Positions 19,131-30,200 are shown, counted from the stretch's first letter. The stretch: DNA of 64,000 bases from Candidatus Hodarchaeota archaeon (GCA_048887225.1 JBHLJY010000001.1:1-64000), one strand, 5' to 3'. Notes: generated by a model not told the origin, from the sequence alone. Made by a program: numbers and translations.

Positions 19131-19709
19131 TTGAGTAAGATAATGAAGATAGCAATTGATATAGATGGCGTTTTACTTGATTTAATGGTATCTTATTGTG
19201 AAATTTTTAACGAGAGACATAAAACTGATTACACAAAAAAAGATGTTAAAAATTGGGAGTTTTTTAGGGATTGGAATATTACCGAAGAGGAAGCTTTCGA
19301 AATATTTTTAGAATTATACGAAAATTCAATGTCAGTTCCTTTTATGGACAACAGAGCGTCCGAATATATGAAGGAATTAAATGCTTTTCACGATGTTTAC
19401 ATTGTTTCAGCGAGAGAACCTCAGTATAGATCTCAGATTATAAAAAAGCTAAATTTTCATAATGTAAAAAAGAAAGTCCAATATATTGAACTTATTTTGC
19501 TTCGCCATAAACCATATGATTTGAAACTAAGTCAGTTATTCGATGTTTACGTTGATGACAATCCTAATTTAGTTGAGCCAATTAAAGATAAAAGAGATAG
19601 ATATTTACTTTTATACGATCAACCTTGGAATCAGAATGTCGTTTGTAAGAATAATGTAATTAGAGTTTTTAATTGGCAAGAAGTATATAAAATTATTAAT
19701 GATTTATAA
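19131..19709 (+). CDS. HAD-family 5'(3')-deoxyribonucleotidase-like phosphatase
   Basis: IAIDIDGVL, VSAR, YVDDNP, PWN, RV.NW. Confidence 0.88.
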   Translation: MSKIMKIAIDIDGVLLDLMVSYCEIFNERHKTDYTKKDVKNWEFFRDWNITEEEAFEIFLELYENSMSVPFMDNRASEYMKELNAFHDVYIVSAREPQYRSQIIKKLNFHNVKKKVQYIELILLRHKPYDLKLSQLFDVYVDDNPNLVEPIKDKRDRYLLLYDQPWNQNVVCKNNVIRVFNWQEVYKIINDL

Positions 19710-19817
19710 TTAAATCATAAATAGAACCTTTTTTAAATATCTTTGACGAATTTAATAATCAATTTATAGATTTTGAAATTTAAAACTAAATAATGGAAAA
19801 TTAGGGAGTTTAAAACC

Positions 19818-21689
19818 ATGCCGAATGGATATATGGGAAAAATTTTATGGATAAATCTTTCGGATGAGACTTTTAAGGAAGAATCATTATCAGAGGAGAT
19901 TTATCGTCAATATATTGGAGGATATGGATTAGCAGCTAAATTAATTTACGATAATATGCCTCCGAAGATAGATCCTTTAAGTTCTGAATCGATTTTGGGA
20001 TTTTTTCCAGGTTTATTAACTGGTTCAGTTGCTCCTTTAACTGGACGATATATGATTGCTGGCAAATCTCCATTAACGGGGACTTGGGGAGATTCTAATA
20101 GTGGTGGATATTTTGGACCTGAAATTAAAAAATGTGGATACGATGGTATCTTAATGAAAGGAATCTTAGATAGCCCAAAATATATCACTATTATCGACGA
20201 CGAGAAAAAAATTTTAGATGCTTCTGAACTTTGGGGATTAGATACCATTCAAACAGAAGAAGCACTAATGAAAAAGCATGGAAACGTTAGGACGGCCAGT
20301 ATCGGGCAATCTGGTGAAAAACTCTCATTAATTTCGGGGATTGTTAACGATAAAGGTAGAATTGCCGGGAGATCTGGCTTCGGTGCATTAATGGGTTCTA
20401 AAAAACTAAAGTCTTTAGTGCTTAGGGGCGATAAGCGAATATCAATAGCAGACAATGATGAGTTGCTTAAATACACCCAAGAATATAATAAAGAAATAAA
20501 AGCAACAAACATTGGTGGTGTTTATTTATGGAAAACTTTTGGAACTAGCTGGTATAATTCAACTGGAGCTATTATAGGAGATACTCCAACAAAAAACTGG
20601 TCCGGTTTTTCAAGTGAGATTTTTCCTGAGCACAAACACGAAAAGATTTCAGGAGAAGAGATTAACAAATATAAACAAAAGGAATACGGATGTTTTTCTT
20701 GCTCTGTGCAATGTGGAGGTATTATGAAAGTTCCAGAAGCGGGACTTGAAGAGACACATCTTCCCGAATACGAAACCTGTGCGTCTTTTGGGCATCTTTT
20801 ACTTAATAACGATATAATATCAATATTTACTTTAAATGAAATGTGTAATCGAGCAGGAATAGATACAATTTCGACAGGCGGAACAGTAGCTTTCGCTATA
20901 GAATGTTTTGAGAATGGTCTAATTAATAAAGACAATACAGGTGGACTTGAATTAACTTGGGGCAACTCAAAGGCTATTATTGAATTAGTAAAAATGATGA
21001 TAAATCGAGAGGGATTCGGTGATATTTTAGCAGATGGTGCTAAGAGAGCTTCAGAAAAAATCGGAAAAGGAAGTGAAAAATACGTCATGCACTCGATGGG
21101 CCAAGAACTTCCAATGCATGATCCAAAACAATTTAAAGATCTTGGATTAACTTACGCTTTTGATCCTACACCTGGAAGACACACAGCAGCAAATTTAGAT
21201 ATGGCGGCAGCGGGTCCGCTTAGGACAAATTCATTTATAGAGGGATTTAATTTACCAAAAAGATTTAGAGGAAAAGATCGAAGTGAAGCATTAATGATGA
21301 TTCATGGTCTTGTTCAAACTACATATTGCCTTGGAATGTGCATGATAACGCACCATTATATTACATATCCTATGATGGAATTAATTAAAGCTGTAGTGGG
21401 ATGGGATTTATCAATTAGCGATGCTATTAAGATTGGATTAAGAATACAAACATTACGTCAAGCTTTTACACTCCGCGAAGGTGTAATCCTTGCCAAGAAC
21501 GAATTGCCAGGGAGAGTGATCGGCGATCCACCCTTTGAAAGTGGTCCTTTTAAAGGCAGAACAATAGATTATAAAGCTGAATATAGAGGATTTTGTGAAA
21601 AAATGGGTTGGAATCCAGAAAATGGTTACCCGTTAATAGAAACACTCAGAGATTTGGATTTAGACTTTGTGATAAAGGATTTATATTAG
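19818..21689 (+). CDS. aor: Tungsten aldehyde:ferredoxin oxidoreductase family
   Basis: GYMGKILWINLS, KSPLTG, AGRSGFGALMGSKKLK, CFSCSVQC, PEYET, GIDTIS. Confidence 0.93.
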   Translation: MPNGYMGKILWINLSDETFKEESLSEEIYRQYIGGYGLAAKLIYDNMPPKIDPLSSESILGFFPGLLTGSVAPLTGRYMIAGKSPLTGTWGDSNSGGYFGPEIKKCGYDGILMKGILDSPKYITIIDDEKKILDASELWGLDTIQTEEALMKKHGNVRTASIGQSGEKLSLISGIVNDKGRIAGRSGFGALMGSKKLKSLVLRGDKRISIADNDELLKYTQEYNKEIKATNIGGVYLWKTFGTSWYNSTGAIIGDTPTKNWSGFSSEIFPEHKHEKISGEEINKYKQKEYGCFSCSVQCGGIMKVPEAGLEETHLPEYETCASFGHLLLNNDIISIFTLNEMCNRAGIDTISTGGTVAFAIECFENGLINKDNTGGLELTWGNSKAIIELVKMMINREGFGDILADGAKRASEKIGKGSEKYVMHSMGQELPMHDPKQFKDLGLTYAFDPTPGRHTAANLDMAAAGPLRTNSFIEGFNLPKRFRGKDRSEALMMIHGLVQTTYCLGMCMITHHYITYPMMELIKAVVGWDLSISDAIKIGLRIQTLRQAFTLREGVILAKNELPGRVIGDPPFESGPFKGRTIDYKAEYRGFCEKMGWNPENGYPLIETLRDLDLDFVIKDLY

Positions 21690-21731
21690 ATCTTACAATT
21701 TTCCTTATACATTAAAAAATAAACAAGAAAT

Positions 21732-22868
21732 ATGAAGAAAATGATCTGTTCTGAACCTAAAAAAATAGGTCCAATGACGATCAAAAATAGATTCGTCAGG
21801 TCCGCCACGTACGAAAAAAGAGCAGCTGAAGATGGAACTGTCACCGACGAGCTCATACAGTTTTACAAGACTTTAGCTGAAGGAGGCATTGGATTAATCA
21901 TCACTGGACTTGCTTACATTAATTCGAGTGGTCAGGCATTACCAAAACAAACTGCGGTAGATCGAGACGATATAATTCCTGGATTAAGTAAGATTGCAGA
22001 CATAATCCATAATTATGGAGATGGTTGCAAAGCTGTGGCGCAAATAGGACATTGCGGACGAGAAACCTATTTTGTGGATAATCCAATAGATCCTTCAGGT
22101 ATTAGGGAACCTATGACCAATGCACAGCCACGAGAAATGACAATTGAAGAGATAGAAGAAACTATCGAAGCTTTTGCTCAAGCAACAAGAAGAGTTAAGG
22201 AAGCAGGTTTCGATGGCGTTCAATTCCACGCTGCACATGGCTTTCTCTTAAGCGAATTCTTATCTCCTCACACAAACAAAAGAAAAGATAAATATGGAGG
22301 TAATACAGAAAACAGAATAAGAATTGTAAAAAATATTTATAAGAGATCTGTGGAATTGATAGGAAAAAATTTCCCAATCTTGATAAAAATGAATGTGAGC
22401 GATCTTATAAGGGGCGGAATGGATCTGAACGAATCCAAGAAGATTGCAGAACAATTATCAAAACTTGGATTTGCTGCCATTGAAACTAGTAGTGGAATGT
22501 GGGAAGCAGCATTACTTAGCCAAGAAGAACTTGGTTGGATACCAGCTATGTCACCAGAAGCTCGAATTAATATTTTATCTAAAGATAAAGAAGCTTACCA
22601 CCTGCCTTACGCAAGAGAAATTAAAAAATTGATCAATATACCCTTGATTCTAATAGGTGGAATAAGATCTCTTGATGTTATTGAAGAAATTTTGGCCGAA
22701 GGAAGCGCAGATTTTGTTTCGCTAAGCCGACCACTTATTCGCGAACCTGATCTTCCAAATAAATGGCTTACAGGGAGTGGAGAAAACACTTGTGAATGTA
22801 TTTCTTGTAATGGATGTTATGCAAGCGTGACAATGGATCGTGTTCATTGCACACAGAAAGAAAAATAA
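21732..22868 (+). CDS. NADH:flavin oxidoreductase (old yellow enzyme family) with C-terminal Cys cluster
   Basis: KNRFVRSAT, AGFDGVQFHAAHGFLLSEFLSP, SRPLIREPDL, CISCNGC. Confidence 0.92.
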   Translation: MKKMICSEPKKIGPMTIKNRFVRSATYEKRAAEDGTVTDELIQFYKTLAEGGIGLIITGLAYINSSGQALPKQTAVDRDDIIPGLSKIADIIHNYGDGCKAVAQIGHCGRETYFVDNPIDPSGIREPMTNAQPREMTIEEIEETIEAFAQATRRVKEAGFDGVQFHAAHGFLLSEFLSPHTNKRKDKYGGNTENRIRIVKNIYKRSVELIGKNFPILIKMNVSDLIRGGMDLNESKKIAEQLSKLGFAAIETSSGMWEAALLSQEELGWIPAMSPEARINILSKDKEAYHLPYAREIKKLINIPLILIGGIRSLDVIEEILAEGSADFVSLSRPLIREPDLPNKWLTGSGENTCECISCNGCYASVTMDRVHCTQKEK

Positions 22869-22986
22869 TGAGATTATTTTTAATTTATACTTCTTTAAAC
22901 TTATCCATTTCATATAAATAAGATATAATTTTATTGTATATTGTCCAAAATTAATTTATCAAAACGAAAAAAAATGATATTATAGG

Positions 22987-24204
22987 GTGAAAATAAAAAT
23001 GTCTTTTTTTTATTGTCCAACAATAATATACAGTTCAGATGCCTTAAATTTTTTGGAAAAGGTTAAGGGAGAAAAATGCTTTATCATAACTGATAAAAAT
23101 CTTAGAGAAGTGGGGCTTTTAAAAATATTAACAGATAGACTTGAGAAACTTGGAAAAAAATACGAAATTTTTGACGATATAGTTCCAGATCCTCATGAAG
23201 AGGGCGTGTATAAAGTAAAAGAGAAGTTGCTCGCTTATACTCCAGATATAATCATTGGTTTTGGAGGAGGTTCTGTTATGGACACGGCCAGGTCAGCTTG
23301 GGCGTTATATGAACTTCCAGAACTTACTACTGTTGATGGAATTCCATTTAATAACGATTTATATGATATTAATACGGGTAAAAAAGCTAGAATGGTGTTT
23401 ATCCCCACAACATCAGGTACTGGTGCCGAAGTCTCGATTGGTTCTGTGATATCTAGATTTGAAAACGACGTGTGGAGAAAAATGGAAATACCACATATGG
23501 GTCTTATCCCTACTTTTGTTATTATAGATCCTATCTTTCCAGCAGAAATGCCACCTAAATTAACAGCTAATACAGGATTTGATGCGCTAGCTCATTCCTT
23601 AGAAAACGTAGTTTCTGCTTGGAGAAACGATATCAGCGATGCTGTGACCTTAAAAGCAGTAGAATTAATTTTCAAATGGTTGCCTGTTGCTTGTAAAGAC
23701 GGTAAAAATATGGAAGCGAGGGATAAAATGCATCTAGCAGCCACGATGGCTGGCTTAGGATTTGCTAATTCTATGGCTCATATAGGGCATACATTAGGGC
23801 ATGCCTGGGGTGCTATTTTTCATAATCCACACGGAAGATTAGTGGGTATTTTTCTCCCATACGTTTTAGAATATTGTTTGAATGATCCTAGTGAGACAAA
23901 TAAGACCGCAGAAATTTTAGGAAAAATGGCAAAACAATTAGGATGGGTGAATTGGGATGAAGATGACAAAAAAGCTACTTACATACTTATTGATAAAGTA
24001 AAAGAATTGCAAAAAGAGATTGGTTTTTCAATGAAACTTCAAGATTTAGGAATCTCAAAAGACGAGATGGAAAAAAATATGGATACTTTAATAGGTCTAT
24101 GTTATCAAAGTCCTGTATGCACTGCAGGCCCTCGATCACCTTCTATGGAAGATTGGAAAAACCTCTTCAGATACCCCTATGACGGAAAAGATGTTGATTT
24201 CTAA
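22987..24204 (+). CDS. Iron-containing alcohol dehydrogenase
   Basis: GGGSVMD, IPTTSGTGAE, DALAH, HIGHTLGH, PHG. Confidence 0.92.
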   Translation: MKIKMSFFYCPTIIYSSDALNFLEKVKGEKCFIITDKNLREVGLLKILTDRLEKLGKKYEIFDDIVPDPHEEGVYKVKEKLLAYTPDIIIGFGGGSVMDTARSAWALYELPELTTVDGIPFNNDLYDINTGKKARMVFIPTTSGTGAEVSIGSVISRFENDVWRKMEIPHMGLIPTFVIIDPIFPAEMPPKLTANTGFDALAHSLENVVSAWRNDISDAVTLKAVELIFKWLPVACKDGKNMEARDKMHLAATMAGLGFANSMAHIGHTLGHAWGAIFHNPHGRLVGIFLPYVLEYCLNDPSETNKTAEILGKMAKQLGWVNWDEDDKKATYILIDKVKELQKEIGFSMKLQDLGISKDEMEKNMDTLIGLCYQSPVCTAGPRSPSMEDWKNLFRYPYDGKDVDF

Positions 24205-24318
24205 TTATACTTTCTCTTAATAAAAGATATTTTTGATCTAAAACTTTATTTTCTTTTTTTTTGTAATTTAATTTATTAATTTAACAATATTTATAAAAAA
24301 GCATAAAATAGTATTGGT

Positions 24319-25119
24319 ATGAAAAGAAAAGGAATACACAAGCCAACCATAGAAGATGTCATTGAACTGAGTGGGCTTGAAATGTTACATCCTGGTGGAA
24401 TGGCTTTAACTAAACGAACTGCAGAAATTGCGAATTTAAAACCGGGTATAAGACTTTTAGATGTATCCAGTGGAAGGGGTACACAATCAATTTTTTATGC
24501 CCAAGAATACGGTGTTGAAGTGGTTGGTTTAGATATTTCTGAGGAGATGATTCGGACTGCGACGGAAAATGCAAAAAATGCTGGCATTGAAAATTTAGTC
24601 TCGTTCAAACTAGGCGATTCTCAAGATTTACCTTTTGAAGAAAATACGTTTGATGTAGTTGTAAATGAATGTGCTGTTGGGATTCCAGACGATTCTCAAA
24701 AAGTATTGGATGAAATGGTACGAGTTGCTAAACCAGGAGGCGTTGTAATAATTCATGAATCAACATGGCGTAAAAAACTTTCTGATACTGAAAAGGAAGA
24801 AATTTCTGAACGATATGGGACGACTCCGTTAGAATATGACGAATGGATTGCTATGCTTCAAAAGGCAGGCGTGAGAGAAATCCTAACAGAATTTGACAGA
24901 TGGTCAAAACCAGAAATGTTTTGGAAAATTAGAAAAGATCGTGAAGTAAGCGATTATACAAAAATTTTAACGCGATCAGAATTGACTAAAACAATTGAAA
25001 GAATTGTTCAAGAGTATGGTCAACAAGGAGTAAATAAAGCGCTTGAGAATCAAAAAATCTTTTTTGATACAGTTCTTAATGGAAAATTAGGCTATTGCCT
25101 ATTTAAAGGGATAAAATAA
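24319..25119 (+). CDS. Class I SAM-dependent methyltransferase
   Basis: HPGG, LLDVSSGRG, GLDIS, LPFEENTFD, KPGG. Confidence 0.88.
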   Translation: MKRKGIHKPTIEDVIELSGLEMLHPGGMALTKRTAEIANLKPGIRLLDVSSGRGTQSIFYAQEYGVEVVGLDISEEMIRTATENAKNAGIENLVSFKLGDSQDLPFEENTFDVVVNECAVGIPDDSQKVLDEMVRVAKPGGVVIIHESTWRKKLSDTEKEEISERYGTTPLEYDEWIAMLQKAGVREILTEFDRWSKPEMFWKIRKDREVSDYTKILTRSELTKTIERIVQEYGQQGVNKALENQKIFFDTVLNGKLGYCLFKGIK

Positions 25120-25143
25120 AAATAAAAAAAAAATAGAGAGTTG

Positions 25144-25171
25144 TTGGAATTTTCTTCCAAATTTTTTTTTT
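25144..25171 (+). terminator. Hairpin plus T-tract, possible terminator between convergent genes
   Basis: TTGGAA-TTTTC-TTCCAA followed by a T10 run. Confidence 0.4.
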
Positions 25172-25314
25172 CTTAAATTCCGCAATTAGTAAATAATTTT
25201 TATCGTAGCTTAGAAAGAATAAAAATAAGCGAGAAATAGAGGAGAAATAGATTATTCGTTAATTTCAAAATCTTAAATTTATTATTTACAAGCAGATTAA
25301 TTTATTTACTTTTT

Positions 25315-25566
25315 TTAATAACCTCTTCTTCTTGGATAACTTGGACGCGGACCTTTCTTTGTCACTACTACGTCGCTTGCTTGTGGTCCTTTTTTACCTT
25401 CAATAATATTGAACTTAACTTCGTCTCCTTCAAATATTTTTTTAAATTCTTCTGATTCACCTTTAATCCCACTGTAGTGGACAAAAACATCTTGCGACCC
25501 GTCTTCTAAAGTTATAAATCCATAGCCTTTTCGGCTATCAAACCATTTTACTGTTCCTTTTTCCAT
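25315..25566 (-). CDS. csp: Cold-shock domain protein with basic C-terminal tail
   Basis: GTVKWF, KGYGFI (RNP1), DVFVHYS (RNP2), KGPQA. Confidence 0.95.
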   Translation of the reverse strand: MEKGTVKWFDSRKGYGFITLEDGSQDVFVHYSGIKGESEEFKKIFEGDEVKFNIIEGKKGPQASDVVVTKKGPRPSYPRRRGY

Positions 25567-25800
25567 TCTTGTTACCTATTAAATGTTCCTACACAATTTA
25601 TGTTTCATTGTTTCAAAAGAGAAACAATCATTGCTAAAAAGTATTGGTTCGTAATAAATAATTGGATTTCTTTTGTTTTTTGTATTTTAAAAATTTTAAA
25701 ATTGATCGGGGTTATTGACTCTTCTTTCAAATCTGCGATAATAATCTTTAGAATAAACGAATATAACAAAAAATTTAATAAATACATATTTTAAACTACT

Positions 25801-26451
25801 ATGGATTGGTTGATTTTTGTTATTACATTTGGTATTTTATTTCTTGGGGAACTGGGTGATAAAACTCAATTAATTGTATTCAATCTGGCATTGGAACACG
25901 AAAAATCTTATAAAGTTGGTATAGGAGCTACTCTTGGTTTTGCTGTAATAGTGACAATTGGAGTTTTTTTTGGCATGTTAGCGACAAGTTTTATTCCGCT
26001 TTTTATAGTGGTAATCATATCTGGGATTATATTTATAATAATCGGATTGTTGGATGCTCGCCACTTGAAGGAACTTTATCAAGAGAGAAAAGAATTAAAG
26101 CTCAATAAAGAGGATGAAACTATAATTGAAAACAATTTAAATATAGAACCACCATCAAGGTTCCAGAAGCTAAGAAAAAATCCTTATATCGCTGGATTTG
26201 CGTTTATTTTTTTGATGGAATTAGGTGATAAAACTCAAATTTTGACCATCACACTTGCTTCTATTTATCCTTATCCTTTTGAAGTGTGGTTAGGAGCTTT
26301 TCTAGCACTAATATTGTTGGCATGGATGGGTGTCTTTTTTGGGGCTGCAATTGCTCATAAAACACCAAAATTTCACCTTAAATTAGTTTCTTCAGTTATT
26401 TTCATCTTTATTGGAGTATTAATTTTAATTACATCACTTCAATATTATTAG
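25801..26451 (+). CDS. TMEM165/GDT1 (UPF0016) Ca2+/Mn2+ transporter
   Basis: Two ELGDKTQ motifs in a duplicated 3-TM architecture. Confidence 0.93.
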   Translation: MDWLIFVITFGILFLGELGDKTQLIVFNLALEHEKSYKVGIGATLGFAVIVTIGVFFGMLATSFIPLFIVVIISGIIFIIIGLLDARHLKELYQERKELKLNKEDETIIENNLNIEPPSRFQKLRKNPYIAGFAFIFLMELGDKTQILTITLASIYPYPFEVWLGAFLALILLAWMGVFFGAAIAHKTPKFHLKLVSSVIFIFIGVLILITSLQYY

Positions 26452-27326
26452 TGAATCTTAATAAAGAAAAATGGAAGATTGATATGGGTTTCGCAGATAT
26501 AAACGGAATAAAAATTTGTTATGAAATCCATGGAGATGGATATCCCGTGATATTAGTTCATGGATTTGGAAGCAAAAAGGAGACATGGATAGCTCAAATA
26601 CCTCCTCTGTCAGCACATTTTAAAGTTATTGCATTCGATAATCGTGGAGCGGGCAAATCAGACCGACCTGAAGAACCTTTTACGATGGAGATGTTTACTC
26701 GCGACATTAGAGGATTAATGGATTTCTTAAAAATAGAAAAAGCACATATAATCGGCTGGTCTTTAGGAGGGATGATTGTTCAAGAATTTGTATTAAAATA
26801 CCCAGAGAGAGTAAATAAGGTGGTCTTAATTAATACAGCTTACAAAGTTGTTGGAAGCGGAAGTGATACAAAAGCTAAAGATATGTATATAAATATGCGG
26901 CTCGAAGACTTAAAACTTTTACAAAGAGATCCTAAGGAATCCTTTTGGAAAAGCGCGAGAGTTTCATATTATCATAAGTTTAGAAAACAAATGATGGCTA
27001 ATACTAAGAAAAAATTTTACGGACTTTGGTCAGTAGAAGAAATCATTAAAGACCGAGCAATAGATCCTCCAACTCCACGAGATATTGAAAATCAAGCTCA
27101 CGCTCTTAACAATTTTAATACGTTCGAAAGGCTAAAAGAAATTAAAAATAAAACCTTGCTACTTACAGCATCTCACGACCGAATCCTACCAAAAACAGTC
27201 ATGATTGACATGCACGAGAGAATTCCAACTAGTACATTAAAAATTATAGATAAAGCAGGGCACTCATCACCCAGATCAAAAGCCCCCGAATTGAATCAAA
27301 CTATAATAGATTTTTTAAAGGATTAA
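26451..27326 (+). CDS. Alpha/beta hydrolase
   Basis: LVHGFG, DNRGAGKS, GWSLGG nucleophile elbow, D..AGH. Confidence 0.92.
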   Translation: MNLNKEKWKIDMGFADINGIKICYEIHGDGYPVILVHGFGSKKETWIAQIPPLSAHFKVIAFDNRGAGKSDRPEEPFTMEMFTRDIRGLMDFLKIEKAHIIGWSLGGMIVQEFVLKYPERVNKVVLINTAYKVVGSGSDTKAKDMYINMRLEDLKLLQRDPKESFWKSARVSYYHKFRKQMMANTKKKFYGLWSVEEIIKDRAIDPPTPRDIENQAHALNNFNTFERLKEIKNKTLLLTASHDRILPKTVMIDMHERIPTSTLKIIDKAGHSSPRSKAPELNQTIIDFLKD

Positions 27327-27327
27327 T

Positions 27328-28830
27328 TTATTTATTTTTCAAGATAAATTCAGAATCGTCATCATTAAGATTTCCTTCAATTTGACCACTTCCTATTAAA
27401 TCAAAAATTAATCCGATTATTTCCTCTTTAGGAATTTTTAAAAAATTTTCAATATACTCAATTTTTACTTTTTGTTTTGCTTTAATAATCCCGAGCAACC
27501 TTTCTTTAGGGTCAATCTTAATTGGTACTTGTGTACTATGAAGAAGATCCTCATCAGACATTCTCGGACTTATTAGTTTTTCACCACTTTTAATAACTTT
27601 TTCTAATCCTGTATCTGTTAATGTTGTTATTCCTTTTTCAGCAATATTTCCTGCTAAGTCTCCTAACTCTTGAACCCCAGTTAATTCAGTCAATTTATCT
27701 CCAACTACCTCACCACCCCTTTTTCCTAAAGATTTTGACAATCGTTTTAAACCGAATTTTTTTCTTCCCTTAGACTGCGAGGAGATAATTGGTTCTTTTA
27801 CTCTTGTTACTGAAAGATCTCTTTTGAGTAATTTCTTTTGGATAAGTTTAATCATTTTAATGATATTTTTGATTTGAATCTTCAGATCCATATCTTGAGC
27901 AGCTAAAAAAGCATCTTGATAAAAATTCAGCGACTCATCAAATTCTTCTGATTGAAAGGCATTATCAGCCTTTTGCATTAAAGAATCGAATTTATTAATA
28001 TCATTAATATCATCTGAAGATAAATTATCATTAATAATTTTTTTTATATTATTTAATCTCTCGTCCTTAGATAAATCAGAAGGCAACTGTCTTATTAATA
28101 AATGAGCCTCTAGGTAATATTTTAGTTCTACCAATATTTTCAATTTGAGCTTGATCTCGTCCAAATTATCTAAATCTATTTTTTTAAAATAAGGAAGTGC
28201 TAAATCGTATTTTTTTAAACTATAATAAATATGGCCAATTTTCTTCTTTAGGCTTAATTTAAAATCGTGGACATCAGGAGAAATCAAATCATCTTGAATT
28301 GGCAGATTTTTAAGTGATAGCAAATAATATTTCAATACCTTTTCTATGTTGTTTAAATTTTTATAGATATTTCCGATAGAATAATAATATTTATATTTCT
28401 CCTCAATCTCAGAATTAATAGCTATTTTAATTAAATTCTTGAGTATAAAAATGGAATATTCATATATTTTCTTGTCGTAATAATAATTAGCTAAGTTATT
28501 TAACTCATATACTGATGTTGTCCCACCGCTTTCCATACAACACATAAAACATATTGGAACTTTAAAGATTGGAAATAAACCGCATTTTTTACATTCCATC
28601 AGATCTAGCAATAACATACTTTTAATTTTTTCATTTTTTATTTTCAGATTAGAAACATAATCGAGCTTCTTTTCTAATTCTGTAATAAGTTCTTGTCTTC
28701 TAGGAGAAATAGAATCTTCGTAAAATTGTTTTAAAATATCGATATCAGCATAGTTAATTCTCTCTAGTCTCGCTAATATCATTTCAAATTTGGAATCGGT
28801 TTCTTGTTGAATTTCCATTGTGTAGCTCAC
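27328..28830 (-). CDS. TPR-like protein with Cys cluster and C-terminal winged-helix (PCI-like) domain
   Basis: CKKC..CFMCC; TPR-like YY.IGNIY/IGHIYY helices; C-terminal RLLGII...EEIIGLIFDLI..GQIEG. Confidence 0.7.
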   Translation of the reverse strand: MSYTMEIQQETDSKFEMILARLERINYADIDILKQFYEDSISPRRQELITELEKKLDYVSNLKIKNEKIKSMLLLDLMECKKCGLFPIFKVPICFMCCMESGGTTSVYELNNLANYYYDKKIYEYSIFILKNLIKIAINSEIEEKYKYYYSIGNIYKNLNNIEKVLKYYLLSLKNLPIQDDLISPDVHDFKLSLKKKIGHIYYSLKKYDLALPYFKKIDLDNLDEIKLKLKILVELKYYLEAHLLIRQLPSDLSKDERLNNIKKIINDNLSSDDINDINKFDSLMQKADNAFQSEEFDESLNFYQDAFLAAQDMDLKIQIKNIIKMIKLIQKKLLKRDLSVTRVKEPIISSQSKGRKKFGLKRLSKSLGKRGGEVVGDKLTELTGVQELGDLAGNIAEKGITTLTDTGLEKVIKSGEKLISPRMSDEDLLHSTQVPIKIDPKERLLGIIKAKQKVKIEYIENFLKIPKEEIIGLIFDLIGSGQIEGNLNDDDSEFILKNK

Positions 28831-28994
28831 TTTTAATAAATTAAAATTTTATAATTATAGCATTTTACCCAATACCTTCCATAATACTAGTGCAGCAATT
28901 GATTATTTAAAAATTAGTAAAATCTTAAATAACAAGATATCAAAATTATAGATCAGTTATTAGAATTTAAAATAATAAATTTAAATTAATCAAG

Positions 28995-30200
28995 TTGGCC
29001 AATATGTCTATTATATTTACACCAATGAATATAGGGAAGATGGAGGTTAAGAATCGCTTTGTGAGATCTCCTACTTGTGAAGGGATGGCTAAGGAAAACG
29101 GCGAGGTCACTGATAAACTTGTGAAAACTCTTGGTACTCTTGCCAAAGGAGAGATTGGTTTAATTCTTCCTGGATATATGTATATTCATCCATCAGGGCA
29201 AGCATTTAAGCATCAAACAGGAATTTATAGTGATAATTTGATTCCTGGTTTGAAAAAGTTAGTGGATGCCGTACATGAAGAAGATGGAAAGATAGCATTT
29301 CAAATAGTTCATGCGGGACAACAAACATCTAAAGACCTCATTGGAACTATTCCTCTTGGACCATCTAAAAGTATAATGAATCCTGTTACTTTATCTAGAC
29401 CAAAACAGATGTCTGAAGAAGAAATTGAAGATTCAATTCAGCAATTCGTTGAAGCAGCAAGACGAGTTGCTGAAGCTGGTGCTGATGCTGTGCAATTACA
29501 TGGAGCTCATGGTTATCTAATAAATCAATTCTTATCTCCCTTTTATAACCGTAGGAAGGACGAATGGGGAGGTACTGAAGAAAATAGATTCAAATATCTC
29601 AAGGAAATCATAATAAAAACTAAACAAGTTTTACCTCGAGATATGCCCCTATTTATAAAACTTAACACCCATGATTATACCCAAAAGGAAGGGATAACAC
29701 CATCATTAGCCGTTAAATACGCTGAATGGTTAAAGAATTTGGGAATTGATGCAATTGAGATAAGTTGTGGTTCGGCACATTTTGCTATTTTCAATTTGTG
29801 CCGAGGAGATGTGCCCGTAAAAGAAATTATCCAATTCCTTCCACCTCCTTTAAAATCTATAGCAGTAAAAATATTTCAAGATATGGTTGGAAAGTATAAT
29901 TTTGAAGGTCCCTATAATCTTGAAGCGGCTAAAATTATAAAACCAGTTTTAGGAGATATACCTTTAATCCTTGTTGGCGGCATTAGAAAAATGTCTGAAA
30001 TGGAAGAAATTTTAGAGAAAAAATACGCCGATTTTATATCCATGTCTCGTCCATTCATCAGAGAGCCCTTCCTCGTAAAAAATTTTAAAGAAGGTAAACA
30101 AGATGAGGCGTCTTGTATTTCATGCAATCGTTGCTTGGCTGCTTTACCAAATGATTTTCCTGCTCTCTGCTACGTAGAAAAATTTCCAGAATCAAAATAA
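28995..30200 (+). CDS. NADH:flavin oxidoreductase (old yellow enzyme family)
   Basis: KNRFVRS, DAVQLHGAHGYLINQFLSP, SRPFIREP, CISCNRC. Confidence 0.92.
   Translation: MANMSIIFTPMNIGKMEVKNRFVRSPTCEGMAKENGEVTDKLVKTLGTLAKGEIGLILPGYMYIHPSGQAFKHQTGIYSDNLIPGLKKLVDAVHEEDGKIAFQIVHAGQQTSKDLIGTIPLGPSKSIMNPVTLSRPKQMSEEEIEDSIQQFVEAARRVAEAGADAVQLHGAHGYLINQFLSPFYNRRKDEWGGTEENRFKYLKEIIIKTKQVLPRDMPLFIKLNTHDYTQKEGITPSLAVKYAEWLKNLGIDAIEISCGSAHFAIFNLCRGDVPVKEIIQFLPPPLKSIAVKIFQDMVGKYNFEGPYNLEAAKIIKPVLGDIPLILVGGIRKMSEMEEILEKKYADFISMSRPFIREPFLVKNFKEGKQDEASCISCNRCLAALPNDFPALCYVEKFPESK

Noticed and set aside
25600-25794. Two small overlapping ORFs between csp and GDT1
   Set aside because: Low-complexity AT-rich divergent promoter region with no recognisable motifs
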